Notes: generated by a model not told the origin, from the letters alone. A DNA stretch of 64,000 nt from an uncultured Desulfatitalea sp. (GCA_963668675.2 CAXXMB010000002.1:1376001-1440000); one strand, 5' to 3'; shown: positions 38,625 through 51,400, counted from the first letter of the stretch. Numbers and translations: made by a program.

Positions 38625-39941
38625 ATGGCAAAACACGAAACCCCGATGTTGGACCAGCTTGAAACCGGACCGTGGCCAAGCTTTGTGTCCGATTTGAAGC
38701 AGCAAGCCGCAAAACGGGCAAAAAATGCTGAAGGCATTGAGTTCCAGATCCCCCAGGACGTGGTGGAGGATCTTCTGGGAGTACTCGAGCTCTCCTACAA
38801 GCATGGCCGGACCCACTGGAAGCATGGCGGCATCGTAGGTGTTTTCGGATACGGCGGCGGCGTGATCGGTCGTTACTGCGACCAACCCCAGGATTTCCCG
38901 GGCGTCGCGCATTTTCACACCATGCGCATCAACCAACCGGGCGGCAAATTCTACTCGACCAAATACCTGCGTGAGTTGTGTGATCTATGGGACTTCCGCG
39001 GTTCCGGCATCACCAACATGCATGGCTCTACAGGCGACATCATCTTTTTGGGAACCACCACCCCCCAACTGGAAGAGATCTTTTACGAATTGACCCACAA
39101 GATGGATCAGGACCTTGGCGGTTCAGGCTCCAACCTGAGAACCCCGGCCGACTGTATCGGACAGGCCCGCTGCGAATATGCCTGTTACGACACCCAGGCC
39201 CTATGCTACGACCTGACCGAGGAGTACCAGGACGAGCTGCATCGCCCGGCCTTCCCGTACAAATTCAAATTCAAGTTTGATGGCTGCCCCAACTGCTGCG
39301 TTGCCTCCATTGCAAGGTCCGACCTTTCGTTCATCGGCACCTGGAAAGACGACATCAAGATCGATCAGGAAGCCGTGCAAGCTTACATCGGTGGCGAGCT
39401 GCCACCCAACGCAGGCGCCCACTCCGGCCGCGACTGGGGCAAATTCGACATCCAGAAAGAGGTCATCGACCTGTGTCCCACCGAATGCATGTGGATGGAC
39501 GGCAAGACCCTGAAGATCGACAACCGCGAGTGCACCCGCTGCATGCACTGCATCAACGTCATGCCGCGCGCCCTGCACATCGGTGATGAACGTGGTGTCT
39601 CCATCCTGGCCGGCGCCAAAGCCCCGATCCTCGACGGCGCCCAGATGGGTACCCTGATCGTTCCTTTTATCGAAGTGGAGCCCCCCTACACCAAAATCAA
39701 GGAAGAGGTCATCGAACCGATCTGGGATTGGTGGATGGAAGAGGGCAAAAACCGTGAACGTTTGGGCGAATTGATGAAACGCCAGGGCCTGCAGAGACTG
39801 ATCGAGGTGCTGGGCGTTGATCCTGATCCGCGCATGGTGCAAGAACCGCGCTCCAACCCCTACATCTTCTGGAAAGAAGACGAGGTAGAAGGCGGCTGGG
39901 ATCGCGACATCAACGAGTTTAGAAAATATCATCAGAGATAG
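38625..39941 (+). CDS. dsrA: Dissimilatory sulfite reductase alpha subunit
   Basis: [32 protein letters not shown] and [14 protein letters not shown] motifs. Confidence 0.98.
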   Translation: MAKHETPMLDQLETGPWPSFVSDLKQQAAKRAKNAEGIEFQIPQDVVEDLLGVLELSYKHGRTHWKHGGIVGVFGYGGGVIGRYCDQPQDFPGVAHFHTMRINQPGGKFYSTKYLRELCDLWDFRGSGITNMHGSTGDIIFLGTTTPQLEEIFYELTHKMDQDLGGSGSNLRTPADCIGQARCEYACYDTQALCYDLTEEYQDELHRPAFPYKFKFKFDGCPNCCVASIARSDLSFIGTWKDDIKIDQEAVQAYIGGELPPNAGAHSGRDWGKFDIQKEVIDLCPTECMWMDGKTLKIDNRECTRCMHCINVMPRALHIGDERGVSILAGAKAPILDGAQMGTLIVPFIEVEPPYTKIKEEVIEPIWDWWMEEGKNRERLGELMKRQGLQRLIEVLGVDPDPRMVQEPRSNPYIFWKEDEVEGGWDRDINEFRKYHQR

Positions 39942-39953
39942 GAGGGCGACACC

Positions 39954-41099
39954 ATGGCATTTATTTCTTCAGGATACAATCCGGCAAAACCGATGGAAGA
40001 CCGGATCACCGATATCGGCCCGCGCAAATTCGATGAATTCTATCCGCCGGTCATCGCCAAGAACAAGGGCAAATGGCTCTATCATGAATACCTGCAACCG
40101 GGTGTGCTGGTTCATGTGGCCGAATCCGGCGACGAGGTCTACACCGTTCGCTGTGGCGGTGCCCGCCTGATGAGCACCTCCCACATTCGCGAAATCTGCG
40201 AAATCGCCGATAAGTACTGCGAAGGTCATGTCCGTTGGACGACCCGCAACAACATCGAGTTCATGGTTGACGACAAATCCAAAGTGCAACCGTTGCTCGA
40301 CGATCTGGCCGGCCGCAAGTTCGACGGCGGCTCGTTTAAATTCCCCGTGGGCGGCACCGGCGCCAGCGTCTCCAACATCGTCCACACCCAGGGCTGGATT
40401 CACTGCCACACCCCGGCCACCGATGCGTCCGGTCCGGTCAAGTCGGTCATGGACGAAATGTTCGCCGATTTCCAAAACCACCGCATGCCGGCCCACGTTC
40501 GCGTCTCCCTGGCCTGCTGTCTGAACATGTGCGGCGCCGTGCACTGCTCGGATATCGCCATCCTGGGCTATCATCGCAAACCGCCCATGCTGGACCACGA
40601 GTACCTGGACAAGATGTGTGAGATCCCGTTGGCCATCGCCGCCTGCCCCACCGCCGCCATCAAACCGTCCAAGGTGGAAGTGGGTGGTCAGAAACTCAAC
40701 TCGGTGGCCGTGAACAACGAACGCTGCATGTTCTGCGGCAACTGCTACACCATGTGCCCCTCCATGCCTCTGGCAGACACCGAGGGTGACGGCATCGTCA
40801 TCATGGCCGGCGGAAAAGTGTCGAACCGCATCAGTGCGCCCAAGTTCTCCAAAGTCGTTGTGGCCTTCATCCCCAACGAAGCACCGCGTTGGCCCAAAAC
40901 CGCCGCAACCATCAGGAACATGATCGAAACATACGCCTCCGATGCCCGCAAGTACGAGCGACTGGGCGACTGGGCCGAAAGAATTGGTTGGGAGCGCTTC
41001 TTCGAGAAATGCAAACTCGATTTCTCCCATCATCTGATCGATGACTTCCGCGATCCGGCCTACTACACTTGGCGTCAGACGTCACAGTTCAAGTTCTAA
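39954..41099 (+). CDS. dsrB: Dissimilatory sulfite reductase beta subunit
   Basis: [24 protein letters not shown] and [14 protein letters not shown] motifs. Confidence 0.98.
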   Translation: MAFISSGYNPAKPMEDRITDIGPRKFDEFYPPVIAKNKGKWLYHEYLQPGVLVHVAESGDEVYTVRCGGARLMSTSHIREICEIADKYCEGHVRWTTRNNIEFMVDDKSKVQPLLDDLAGRKFDGGSFKFPVGGTGASVSNIVHTQGWIHCHTPATDASGPVKSVMDEMFADFQNHRMPAHVRVSLACCLNMCGAVHCSDIAILGYHRKPPMLDHEYLDKMCEIPLAIAACPTAAIKPSKVEVGGQKLNSVAVNNERCMFCGNCYTMCPSMPLADTEGDGIVIMAGGKVSNRISAPKFSKVVVAFIPNEAPRWPKTAATIRNMIETYASDARKYERLGDWAERIGWERFFEKCKLDFSHHLIDDFRDPAYYTWRQTSQFKF

Positions 41100-41134
41100 A
41101 CGATGCTCCGGTGTTTGGACACATCGAATAATAT

Positions 41135-41161
41135 CCGCAGGGGGCACTCAGCCCCCTGCGG
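41135..41161 (+). other. Perfect 11-bp hairpin between dsrB and dsrD
   Basis: CCGCAGGGGGC-ACTCA-GCCCCCTGCGG; no U tract. Confidence 0.6.
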
Positions 41162-41192
41162 CCCTTAGACCCTCAGAGGATGAAAGGGGAAA

Positions 41193-41438
41193 ATGTCAAT
41201 GGAATACGAAGAGGCAAAGAAAAGAATCGTAGAGGGCCTGACCAAGAAGCTCAAGACCAAGTCGAAGTTCTACTTCAACGACCTTTCCAAGATTCTTGAG
41301 ATGAAGCCCCGCGAGGCCAAAAAGATCGTCAACAAGCTTGTTGAGGACGGCACTCTGGAGTACTGGTCCAGCGGCAGCACCTCCATGTACGGCATGCCGG
41401 GCACTGGCAAGCAAGCCCACAGCGAAGGCGAAGATTAG
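41193..41438 (+). CDS. dsrD: DsrD
   Basis: KSKFYFND and LEYWSSGSTSMYG motifs; follows dsrB. Confidence 0.95.
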   Translation: MSMEYEEAKKRIVEGLTKKLKTKSKFYFNDLSKILEMKPREAKKIVNKLVEDGTLEYWSSGSTSMYGMPGTGKQAHSEGED

Positions 41439-41456
41439 GCCTTCGGCATCGCAACG

Positions 41457-42914
41457 TTGAAACCGGCTCCACAAAAGGCGCCTGAACCCGGCTGCCCTGG
41501 TCTTGTTATCGCCGCTTTGCGCGGTGGCGCGGGCAAAACAATCTTATCAGTCGGAATTATTGCGGCCCTCCGGAACCGGGGGATTATCGTTGCGCCTTTT
41601 AAAAAAGGTCCCGATTATATCGATGCCGGCTGGTTGGCCCTGGCTGCCGGCCGGCCTTGTTATAATCTCGACACCTTCCTTATCGATACCCCTATCATCT
41701 TAAACTCCTATGAACGCTACACTTACGGAACCGATGCCGCTGTCATCGAAGGCAACCGGGGGCTGTATGACTGTATCAACACGGACGGCCTGACCTCCAC
41801 CGCCGAATTGGCCAAGCTGCTCGACCTGCCGGTGATCCTCTGCCTCGATGCCACCAAGACCACCCGCACCATGGCTGCCGTGGTGGCCGGGTGCGCCCAG
41901 TTCGACCCGGGCGTCAAAATCAAAGGGGTCGTTTTAAATCACGTGGCGGGTGTGCGTCATGAAAATATCTTGCGCACCAGCATCGAACAGCACTGCGGCA
42001 TTCCGGTGGTGGGCGCCGTACCAAAGCTGCGCAAACAGAGCTTTCCCGAGCGCCACATGGGGTTGGTGCCCACCTACGAGCACCAATGGGCCCAGGACGC
42101 CGTCGGCACCATCGCCGAATTGGCCGAAACGTATATCGACCTGACCGCTGTCTGCCACATCGCCAGTGTGCGCCTGCGGACACGAACCGATCCGATCGAG
42201 ATTCACACCGGGCAGTACGCATCAAGCATCGCTTCTCAAGCATCCGAACAGCCGAAAGCACCGCCACCACGCATCGGCATCATCCGGGACTCGGCCTTCC
42301 AGTTTTACTACCCGGAAAACCTCGACGCCCTGGTCCAGGCCGGCGCGGAACTCGTCGTCACCAGCCCCCTGTTCGAAGACAACCTGCCGGCTGTCGACGC
42401 ACTCTATATCGGCGGCGGCTTCCCCGAAACCCACGCCCAACGGCTGGCCAAGAATGTGACCTACCGTGAACAGATCAAGCAGTTGGCCGATCAGGGCATG
42501 CCCATCTATGCCGAGTGCGGCGGGCTGATGTATATGGGGCAGGAACTGGTGCTTGACGAACAGCACTATCCCATGACCGGAGTTCTGCCCATTTCGTTCG
42601 GGTTCTCCAAACGCCCCCAGGGCCATGGCTACACCATCGCTCGCGTCGCCCAGCCCAACCCCTTCTTCGAAACCGGTCAGACGATCAAAGGCCATGAATT
42701 TCATTATTCGACCGTCCGGCTTTTAGAAGAAAACCCAGACGCCATGGCCTTTGAAATGGAACGCGGCAACGGCCTTCAAAACGGCCTGGACGGCCTGTGC
42801 CGCAACAACGTACTGGCCACCTACACCCATATCCACGCCCTGGGTACTCCCCAATGGGCTCCGGCCCTCGTCGCCAAAGCCCGCCATTTTCGCCAGAAGA
42901 GATCGAACCGATGA
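41457..42914 (+). CDS. dsrN: Cobyrinate a,c-diamide synthase homologue (siroheme amidase DsrN)
   Basis: GGAGKT, FKKGPDYID, ERHMGL, YAECGGLMY and GHEFHYS motifs; position after dsrD. Confidence 0.88.
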   Translation: MKPAPQKAPEPGCPGLVIAALRGGAGKTILSVGIIAALRNRGIIVAPFKKGPDYIDAGWLALAAGRPCYNLDTFLIDTPIILNSYERYTYGTDAAVIEGNRGLYDCINTDGLTSTAELAKLLDLPVILCLDATKTTRTMAAVVAGCAQFDPGVKIKGVVLNHVAGVRHENILRTSIEQHCGIPVVGAVPKLRKQSFPERHMGLVPTYEHQWAQDAVGTIAELAETYIDLTAVCHIASVRLRTRTDPIEIHTGQYASSIASQASEQPKAPPPRIGIIRDSAFQFYYPENLDALVQAGAELVVTSPLFEDNLPAVDALYIGGGFPETHAQRLAKNVTYREQIKQLADQGMPIYAECGGLMYMGQELVLDEQHYPMTGVLPISFGFSKRPQGHGYTIARVAQPNPFFETGQTIKGHEFHYSTVRLLEENPDAMAFEMERGNGLQNGLDGLCRNNVLATYTHIHALGTPQWAPALVAKARHFRQKRSNR

Positions 42915-43015
42915 AGCTTCAACGTGTTCGACCTTTAGGACCTTATCGCGTCGCCGTTGAATAGCACAATATAGCGTACCCTCAAAAGGTCTATTATTAA
43001 ACCGGCAATTAAATA

Positions 43016-44688
43016 GGGCTTCCTGAATTAAGTGTAAGGTATTGTAAACGCAACAAAAATATGTTATAAACAGGACAAAAAGTGATCGAGAACTCACCGA
43101 AAACCACAAATAACCTTGCACTTTTTGCCCGGGAAAACCATGTACAAACACAATCTGAAGCAACTGGAATTTGAAAATTTCAACCTTCCTTTTGATGGAA
43201 AATTACGAAGTGATAATCGATGGGTAAAACTGGCCAAATTTATTCCCTGGGAAGAATTTGAAGAGGCCTATGCAAAGAAGCTGTCAGGTTCCGGATTAGG
43301 GCCACCGGCGATGTCGGTACGTATTGCATTGGGTGCGTTGATCATAAAGGAAAAGCTTGGCACCTCAGATGAAGAGACCGTCGAGCAGATTCGCGAAAAC
43401 CCTTACCTGCAATACTTTTTAGGCTTTACGGACTATCGTGATGAAGAACCATTTCACTCCACAATGTTTGTTCATTTTAGAAAGCGTTTCGGCAAGAAAG
43501 CCATTTGCCAGATCATCGAAACTGTGAATCACAAAGCAAGATCGGTCAAAAAAAATGCGAAAGATGACGGTAAAGACAACAGTGGCGGTGGCGCTGATGG
43601 GAAAAAGCCAAACAGTGGTAAATTGTTGATTGATGCGACCTGCACACCGGCCGACATTACTTTCCCTACCGATCTGAAAATACTCAATGAGGCCAGAGAA
43701 AAAAGCGAAAAAATTATTGATGTTTTGCACCGACCCCACAGAGGCAAACTTAAAAAACCGCGCACCTATCGCAAAAAAGCACGAAAACAGTTTCTTGCCA
43801 TTGCAAAAAGCAAGAAGGTGCCGAAGAGCAAAATGCGCAAGGCCATACGTCAACAACTGGGCTATCTGAGGCGTAATCTTAAAACGATCGACAAGTTATC
43901 GCAGATTTCATCGTTGTTGATGCTTAAAAAGCGCATGTACAAGCTGTTGTTGGTCATCAATGAAGTGTATCGCCAGCAAAAGTGGATGTATGATCAGAAG
44001 GTCAAAAGAATCGATGATCGTATTGTCAACATCTACCAACCGCATGTTCGGCCCATTAAACGTGGCAAGGCAGGAGCTGCTACGGAATTTGGAGCCAAGA
44101 TATCAGTCAGCGCGGTTGACGGATACTGCTTTTTGGACCGATTGAACTGGGATGCATATAACGAGTCGGCTGATTTAATCAAACAGGCGCAAGCATACAA
44201 AGACCGCTTTGGTTGTTATCCCGCCTCAATTCATGCCGACAAGATCTATCGCAACAGGGACAACATCAAGTTCTGTAAAAAGCACGGCATCCGGTTATCC
44301 GGCCCTGCACTGGGGCGGCCACCTTCCGATACCGAAGTCCGCAAAGCGATACAGAAGCAGGCCCGGCAGGATGAACTTGATCGTATCCCCATTGAAGGAA
44401 AATTTGGACAGGGAAAGCGTCGATTCAGTTTGTCAAAGATCATGAGCAAGCTGGACAGCACATCTGAGACTGCCATAGCTGTAGTATTTTTGGTGATGAA
44501 TTTAGAGAAGTGGCTCAATAGCCTTCTTTTTTGTTTCCTTTTACTTCTCCATAGGTTCAGTTTTGACGATAACAGTCGCATTCAAAGCCCGCAGATACAG
44601 TTAAGATCGGACAAATTTGCGACTACGTGTATCTAATCGGGCATTGGGCACAGAGCAACGTTGGGGTCACGGATTATTCAGGAAGCCC
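43016..44688 (+). mobile_element. IS5-family insertion sequence (1673 bp) with terminal inverted repeats and 6-bp target duplication
   Basis: Left end GGGCTTCCTGAATTA; right end (reverse complement) GGGCTTCCTGAATAA; flanked by TAAATA at 43010-43015 and 44689-44694. Confidence 0.9.
43140..44636 (+). CDS. IS5-family DDE transposase
   Basis: IRENPYLQYFLG, LLIDATC, RGKAGAATEFGAK, IHADKIY and IEGKFGQGKRRF motifs. Confidence 0.93.
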   Translation: MYKHNLKQLEFENFNLPFDGKLRSDNRWVKLAKFIPWEEFEEAYAKKLSGSGLGPPAMSVRIALGALIIKEKLGTSDEETVEQIRENPYLQYFLGFTDYRDEEPFHSTMFVHFRKRFGKKAICQIIETVNHKARSVKKNAKDDGKDNSGGGADGKKPNSGKLLIDATCTPADITFPTDLKILNEAREKSEKIIDVLHRPHRGKLKKPRTYRKKARKQFLAIAKSKKVPKSKMRKAIRQQLGYLRRNLKTIDKLSQISSLLMLKKRMYKLLLVINEVYRQQKWMYDQKVKRIDDRIVNIYQPHVRPIKRGKAGAATEFGAKISVSAVDGYCFLDRLNWDAYNESADLIKQAQAYKDRFGCYPASIHADKIYRNRDNIKFCKKHGIRLSGPALGRPPSDTEVRKAIQKQARQDELDRIPIEGKFGQGKRRFSLSKIMSKLDSTSETAIAVVFLVMNLEKWLNSLLFCFLLLLHRFSFDDNSRIQSPQIQLRSDKFATTCI

Positions 44689-44705
44689 TAAATAGGCCAG
44701 CCCTT

Positions 44706-44767
44706 GTCATCCCGGACTTGATCCGGGATCCAGGAACGGTCTGGATTCCGGCCTGCGCCGGAATGAC
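44706..44767. repeat. REP-like palindromic extragenic repeat
   Basis: GTCATCCCGGACTTGATCCGGGATCCAG...CTGGATTCCGGCCTGCGCCGGAATGAC; nested hairpins closed by GTCAT/ATGAC. Confidence 0.75.
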
Positions 44768-44830
44768 GATTGCTAAGGTAATTAATTGCCGGGTTAATAC
44801 CCAACCGAAAAGTACTTCTTCCCGTGGCCT

Positions 44831-46876
44831 TTATGCAGTCAACTTCTCTATTTTTACTGCACTCACCTTGAATTCCGGAATTTTGGCCAGGGGATCGAAC
44901 GCTTCCGAGCTGGTCAACACATTGGTCGGGTTTTCGCCAAAATGAATGGGAAGAAAGACGGTTCCGGGTTTCAGGGAAGTACTGATTTTAGCAGGCGCTT
45001 CCATTCGGCCCCGGCGCGAAGAGAGCACCAGCACCTCCCCGTCCTGAACCTCCAGCTCCTCGGCGTCTGTGGGACTGATGGAGACATAGCCGGTGGTCTG
45101 TTCGACATCCAGATGGGACGAAATTCGGGTCATGGTGCCGGTATGAAAATGGGCAAACATGCGGCCGGTGGTTAGAAAATAGGGGTAGTCCGCATCGGGC
45201 ATTTCTGCCGGGGCCAGGTACTCGACGGCATGAAACTTCCCTTTGCCCCTGGTAAACTGCTCCTTGTGCAGATACGGGGTTCCCGGATGGTCTCTGTCCG
45301 GGCATGGCCACTGCAAGCCATCCAGGCCCATGCGTTCGTAGGTCATGCCGGCGTAACTCTTCGGCGTCAAGGAGGCCATCTCGTCAAAGATCGCTTCCGG
45401 GTTAGCGTATTTCATCTTGTAGCCCATGGCTGTCGAGAGGCGGCTGATGATTTCCCAATCGGCCAGGGTGTTGCCGATGGGGTCGGTGGCTTTGTGGATG
45501 CGCATGCAGCGGCGCTCCGTATTGGTAAAAGTCCCCTCCTTTTCGGCTACGGAGGCGGCCGAAAATACCACATCGGCCACTTGGGCGGTTTCCGACAGGA
45601 AGAGGTCCTGAACCACTAGAAAATCCAATTTCTTAAGAGCTTCGTTGAGGTGATTCCAGTCCGGGTCGCTGAGTTTTGGGTTTTCACCGATGACGAAAAG
45701 CCCTTTCAGTTTCCCCTTGAGGATGGCAGGGATCATGTCCGTAATGGTCAGGCCAGGCTGATCCGAAAGCGGCGTGCCCCAAGCCTTGGAAAATTTTTCG
45801 CGCACCTGGGGGTCGGCCACCGGCTGATAGCCGGTCATCACGTTGGGCAACCCGCCCATGTCGCAAGCGCCTTGGACATTGTTCTGCCCCCGCAGCGGAT
45901 TCACCCCCCCGCCGTGTACGCCCACATTACCGCACAGCATGGCCAGATTGCAGCAGGATTTGACATTGTCCACGCCAGTGGTGTGTTGGGTGATGCCCAT
46001 GGCATACAGCAGCGCGGCCGGGCTATTGGTGGCATACAGCTCAGCCATGCGTTCCAGATCCCTTGTCGCCACCCCGGTGATCTCCTGGACCCTGGCCGGG
46101 GTATAGTCCTTAAGCACCGATTCCATGGCTTCATAATCTTCGGTGCGCTGGGCGATGTATGATTCTGCATGCCAGCCGTTTTCGATGATGATGTGCATCA
46201 TGCCGTTCAAAAGGGCCACATCGCTGCCCAATCGATGGGTGACGGCCACGTCGGCAAAACGGGACAGCTGAATATTTCTCGGGTCAGCCACGACGAGCTT
46301 GGCACCGCGCTCTTTGGCCCTGAAGATACGGCGGGCGACAAGTGGATGGCAGGCGGTAGTATTCGATCCGATGACGAAAATGCACCCTGACGATTCAAAC
46401 TCCGCAATGGAGTTCGTCATGGCACCGCTACCGAAGGCGGCGGCCAGACCGGCCACCGTGGAGGCATGTCAGAGACGCGCGCAATGATCGACGTTGTTGG
46501 TGCCCAGGACGGCCCTGGCAAACTTCTGGGCCAGATAATTCTCCTCATTGGTCACCTTGGCAGACACCAGTACCCCCACGGCATCCGGACCGTGCTCGTT
46601 GATGATATCGCGGAAGCGGTCGGCGGCCAGACCAATGGCTTCGTCCCAATCGGCCTTGATGAACCGCCCGAAGGTCTTGATCAGCGGCTGTTTCAAGCGA
46701 AGGACGCTGTTCACATGTTCGTGCAGGTTCCAGCCCTTGATGCACAGCTTTCCCTGGTTGACCGGGTGGGTTTTCATGGGCAGGGTGCTGACGATCTTGC
46801 CATCGATGACTTCAAAAAGAATGCCGCAGCCGGTTCCACAATATGAACAGACAGAGGGCACGAACTTGCACTGCAT
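44831..46876 (-). CDS. fdhA: Cytoplasmic formate dehydrogenase alpha subunit (Mo/W-bisPGD), selenoprotein
   Basis: CSYCGTGC...LCIKG; VDHCARL-U(TGA 46469-46471)-HASTVAGL; LRGQNNVQGA. SECIS-like GGTGGCC-GGTCT-GGCCGCC at +12. No Tat signal. Confidence 0.93.
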
Positions 46877-47029
46877 GGTGTACTCCTTTGTTTGGTGTCC
46901 ATCCGCCAATGGCCAATTTGGTCGATTTCGGCGCTGAACGTTTTCCCCTCAACATGTCCCGCAATTGCTGCGGTTCGAATCTTGAGTGCGGATTGAACTC
47001 AAATCGATTCACGTATTCGTGAACGCACA

Positions 47030-47848
47030 CTAAACAACCGGATAGTCCGCCTGCATCGGTTGCGGTTCAAGCGTGACCTTGTCCCCCAGGATGCTCAATG
47101 GCGATTGGTCGGCTCCGGATCCGGTTTCATAATCGAAAACGGTTTTGACGATGTCGTTGACCTTTCGGTAGAGCAACCGCAGGGGAATGTCCACCGGACA
47201 GGCATCCTCGCACAGCCCGCAGTCGATGCAGCGCCCGGCCATGTGTGTGGCCCGAACCAGGTGGAATATCGGCACCTCCGGTGGCAGGGCGCCTTTGCGG
47301 ATCAAATCGCCATGCTCCAGGCTGCACTCCTTGCAAAAACAGACCGGACAGATGTTCCGGCATCCGTAGCACTTGATGCATTTTTGAAATTCATTCATCC
47401 ATCGGGACAGGCGCTCCGGCTGTTCTATCTCCTCGAAATCCTCGAGACACATGGTGTTGTCCACGCCCACCTGTTGTTTCAGCGGAGCGGGCTTCTCAGG
47501 CGCCAGGTATGAGCAGTCGCCGTGCGCCTTCAGGTTTGAAGGGCAGCAGTTGACATTTACAGCTTTGATATTGTCCTCTTTTAGCTGGTTCCAGATATAA
47601 AGGACGTTAAGGGCGCGCTGGTTGCAGTCCCGGGCCAGCATTCCGATTTTGATCTCCGGATCGACGGCAGCGATATGCGTCGCCACCTTCTCCAGGGAGT
47701 AGCGGGCCGGCCCGTCGATCAGGTCATCCACGGCATCGAGATTTGCTTTGTTGAAGCTGTAAGGCAAAGGATGGCCCATGACCATTTTATATCCCAAGAA
47801 AAGGTCTACGATGCCCTCTTCAAGCCACCGTTTCACTTTTGATTTCAT
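47030..47848 (-). CDS. 4Fe-4S dicluster protein, FdhB/FrhB C-terminal-like
   Basis: CIKCYGCRNICPVCFC and HMAGRCIDCGLCEDACP motifs. Confidence 0.85.
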   Translation of the reverse strand: MKSKVKRWLEEGIVDLFLGYKMVMGHPLPYSFNKANLDAVDDLIDGPARYSLEKVATHIAAVDPEIKIGMLARDCNQRALNVLYIWNQLKEDNIKAVNVNCCPSNLKAHGDCSYLAPEKPAPLKQQVGVDNTMCLEDFEEIEQPERLSRWMNEFQKCIKCYGCRNICPVCFCKECSLEHGDLIRKGALPPEVPIFHLVRATHMAGRCIDCGLCEDACPVDIPLRLLYRKVNDIVKTVFDYETGSGADQSPLSILGDKVTLEPQPMQADYPVV

Positions 47849-48377
47849 GTGTTGCCTCCTCTATCATACCGACGCCATCAGGTCGGACCAATTGGGTATT
47901 GTGGGAAAAAGGGTCCGCGTGCAAAGGAGGTGCAGCAGGCAGCCGGCCCACCATGGCAGCACTCGCCCCGATGAGCGGATTGGGCCCCAGGGATCTTATC
48001 TTCTCCGTAAAATCGGTGATCACCTGAACGAATTTCTGAGCTTCCGCAGAAGATATCCACTCCAGGTGTAAGCGGCCCGCCAGGCCCATGAAAGAGAGCA
48101 GTTCCTGGAGAAAAGTGATCCGTTTTACTGTCATGTGATTACCGTACAGGTAATGGCAGTCGCCGATGTGTCACCCGCCCACCAGGATTCCGTCGGCGCC
48201 TTCCTGCAGCGCGCGTAGGATATGATGCGGCGATACGGTGGCCGAGCACATGACCCGGATGGCGCGTACGTTAGGAGGATACTGCATACGGCTGACACCG
48301 GCCAGATCGGCTGCCCCGTATGCGCACCAGTTGCATATAAATGCCAGTATTTTGGGTTCGAACGGTTTCTGTTGCAC
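47820..48377 (-). CDS. mvhD: MvhD/FlpD [2Fe-2S] subunit, selenoprotein
   Basis: GTG 48377 (RBS AAGGAG); [31 protein letters not shown](TGA 48171-48173)-[18 protein letters not shown]. Hairpin ATTACC-TGTAC-GGTAAT at +17. Confidence 0.92.
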
Positions 48378-48400
48378 AATGACTCCTTGAGCGATGTGGG

Positions 48401-51400
48401 TTACGCACATATGGCGCTTTTGATCTGGGCATAGAGCTGCTGGTTGCTGAAACCCAGTAGTATCGGGGCCTCCGAAGGACATGCTGCCGCACAGGCCCCG
48501 CAACCCTTGCACAGGGCTTGATTAACTTCCGCAATACGCTTTTCTTCGTTGTAGGTGATCGCGTTATAGGGGCAGACGTTGATGCAACCCAGGCACCCGG
48601 AGCATCGCTCGGGGTCGATATAGCTAACGATGCCACCCACCATAATATGATCCTTGGACATTACCGTCAGAGACTTGGCCGTGGCGGCATGGGCCTGGGC
48701 GATGCTCTCTTCCAATGGCTTGGGGTAATGCCCCATACCGCAGAGAAAAACCCCTTCAGTGGCAAATTCTACCGGCCTTAGTTTCTGGTGTGCTTCCATC
48801 AACCAACCGTCGGCATCCGTGGAGACTTTGAAAAACTGGCTGAGGCTGGTATTCTCCCTGGCCTCTATGGCCGTTGCCAGACAAAGCAGATCCGCATCCA
48901 CGCGAACCTGACGACCGAGGATCGGATCATTGAAACTCACCGTGACGCATTTGTCGCCGGTAGTGGCGACCGGCTTGTTCTCCGGATCGTAACGGAAGAA
49001 GAGAACTCCCTGCTGCCGTGCCTCCTTGTAGAGATCCTCTCTTTTTCCGTAGGTTCGGATATCACGGTAGAGGATATAGACATTGGTCTCGGGGTTGCGC
49101 TTTTTCAGCTCCAGAGCATTTTGGATGGAATGGGTACAGCACACCTTGGAACAATATGGCCGATCGTCGTTCCTTGAGCCAACACACTGGATGAAAACCA
49201 CATTCTCGGCCCGTTTGATACGCGGGTCGTCCTGCCTGAACAACGCATCCATCTCCAGATGAGTGACCACCGCCGGGTGTTCGCCGTATAGGTATTCCGA
49301 AGGTTTGCTTTCCTTCGCTCCTGTGGCAAGAATGGCCACACCGTGGGATATGGTCGTTTTCGCCTCGCCGGCTGACAGGGTAGTATTGAAATTTCCGACA
49401 AAGCCTTCCACGTCGCTGACGGTTGTTCCCAAATGAACGGTTATGCCAGGCTCAGCTTCCACCTGGCGAATCAACTTCTCCAGAAAGTCGGCGACATCTT
49501 CCCCCTGGTAGGTTTTGATGAGGTTGCGGGCATTGCCGCCCAAGGACTCGGTCTGCTCCACCAGGTGCACCGGGTATCCATGCCGGGAGAGGGACAGGGC
49601 CGTGGTGAGACCGGCAACTCCGCCGCCAACCACCATGGCAGAGGGGGTGACCGGCAGCTCCTTCTCTTGCAGCGGGACGGCAAGAAATGCTTTGGACACT
49701 GCCATGCGCACGAGATCACAGGCCTTTTCAGTGGCGGCATCGGGATCATTGCTGTGCACCCACGAATCTTGATTGCGGATATTGGCCATCTCGATCAGAT
49801 ATTTGTTCAGTCCGGCGTTGACCAGGGTTTCCTGGAACAGCTCCTCGTGGGTCCGCGGCGTGCAGGCGGCCACCACAACGCGGTTCAGCCCCTTGTCCCG
49901 TATCACCTCCGTCATTTTGTCCTGGGTGTCCTGGCTGCAGGTAAACAGGTTCTCCTCGACATACTCGACCCCGGGCAACGTTTTGGCATAGGCGGCCACT
50001 TCCGGGACCCTGACAATCCCGCCAATATTGATACCGCAGTTGCACACAAAAACGCCGATTCGGGGAGCTTCCCGGCTTACATCCCGTTGGGCGGGAATTT
50101 CCACTGCCTGGGTCAGGGTATTGCGCGCGTCGGCCAGGTTCTCGGTGGCGGCACTCGCAGCGGCGCTGGCCTCCATAACCGACTGGGGGATATCCTTGGG
50201 GCCGGTAAACACGCCGCAGGCATATATTCCCGGCACCGAGGTGGCCACCGGATGAAAACTGTTCGAATGGACAAAATGGTATTTATCCAATTCGACCCCC
50301 AGCGTTTGCGACAGCTCCACCGCGGACTTGCTCACTTCAAGCCCCGTTGACAGCACGACCATGTCGAAAGGGTCTTGGTGGACAACGCCTCCGTCGTCCA
50401 CATAGCGCAACATCAGGTCATCGCTTCCCGTAACCTGCTCCACCGTATGAATGCGCGCGGGTATGAAGCGCACACCACTTTTGCGGGCATTTTCGCAGTA
50501 GCGGTCGAAATCCTTGCCCTGGGTCCGCAGATCCATGTAGAAGATGGTGCATTCCAGAGGTGTCTCACTATGGTCTGCCGCCATCACCGCTTGCTTGACC
50601 GCATACATGCAGCAGACAGATGAGCAGTAGCCGTTGTCGCAGCGGTTCATGTCCCGGGAACCCACACATTGCAGCCAGGCGATTCTTTTCGGTGGCTCTC
50701 CGGTGGCTTTCTTGCCGCGCATGCTCGACGGCCGCACCAGGTGGCCGGCGTATGGGCCGGTGGCCGAGAGGATGCGCTCGAATTCCGGAGCGGTCACCAC
50801 GTCCGGCAGACTGGTGTATCCATAGGTGTCAAGACCGCTTGGATCGAAGGGTGTGAATCCCGGCGCCATGACGACCGATCCCACCTGCAGGTTAATGGTC
50901 TTTTCCGTGTCCTTGAAATTGATGGCGCCCGAAGGACAATATTTTTCGCAGGCGCCGCACTTGCCGTTTTTCAGATAGATGCAGTTGTCCGCATCGATGG
51001 CATACTTCAGGGGCACCGCCTGGGAATAGGGGACATAGATCGCCTTACGCTTGATCAGACCTTCGTTGTAACTGTCATCCACCCGTTTGGGGCACTTTTG
51101 GGCGCACAGACCGCAGGCAATGCATTTTTCCATATCCACGTATCGCGGGTGCTGAAGCACGGAAACCGTGAAGTTGCCCTCCTCGCCATCAATGGCGGTC
51201 ACTTCGGAAAGCGTAAGCAATTCGATGTTGATGTGCCGGCCGACCTCGACCAGTTTGGGTGAAATAATTCACATCGAGCAGTCATTGGTGGGAAAGGTCT
51301 TGTCCAATTGGGCCATGGCCCCGCCAATGGCCGGAGATCTCTCGACCATATATACGTAATAGCCGGAGTTGGCCATATCCAGGGCTGCCTGCATTCCGGC

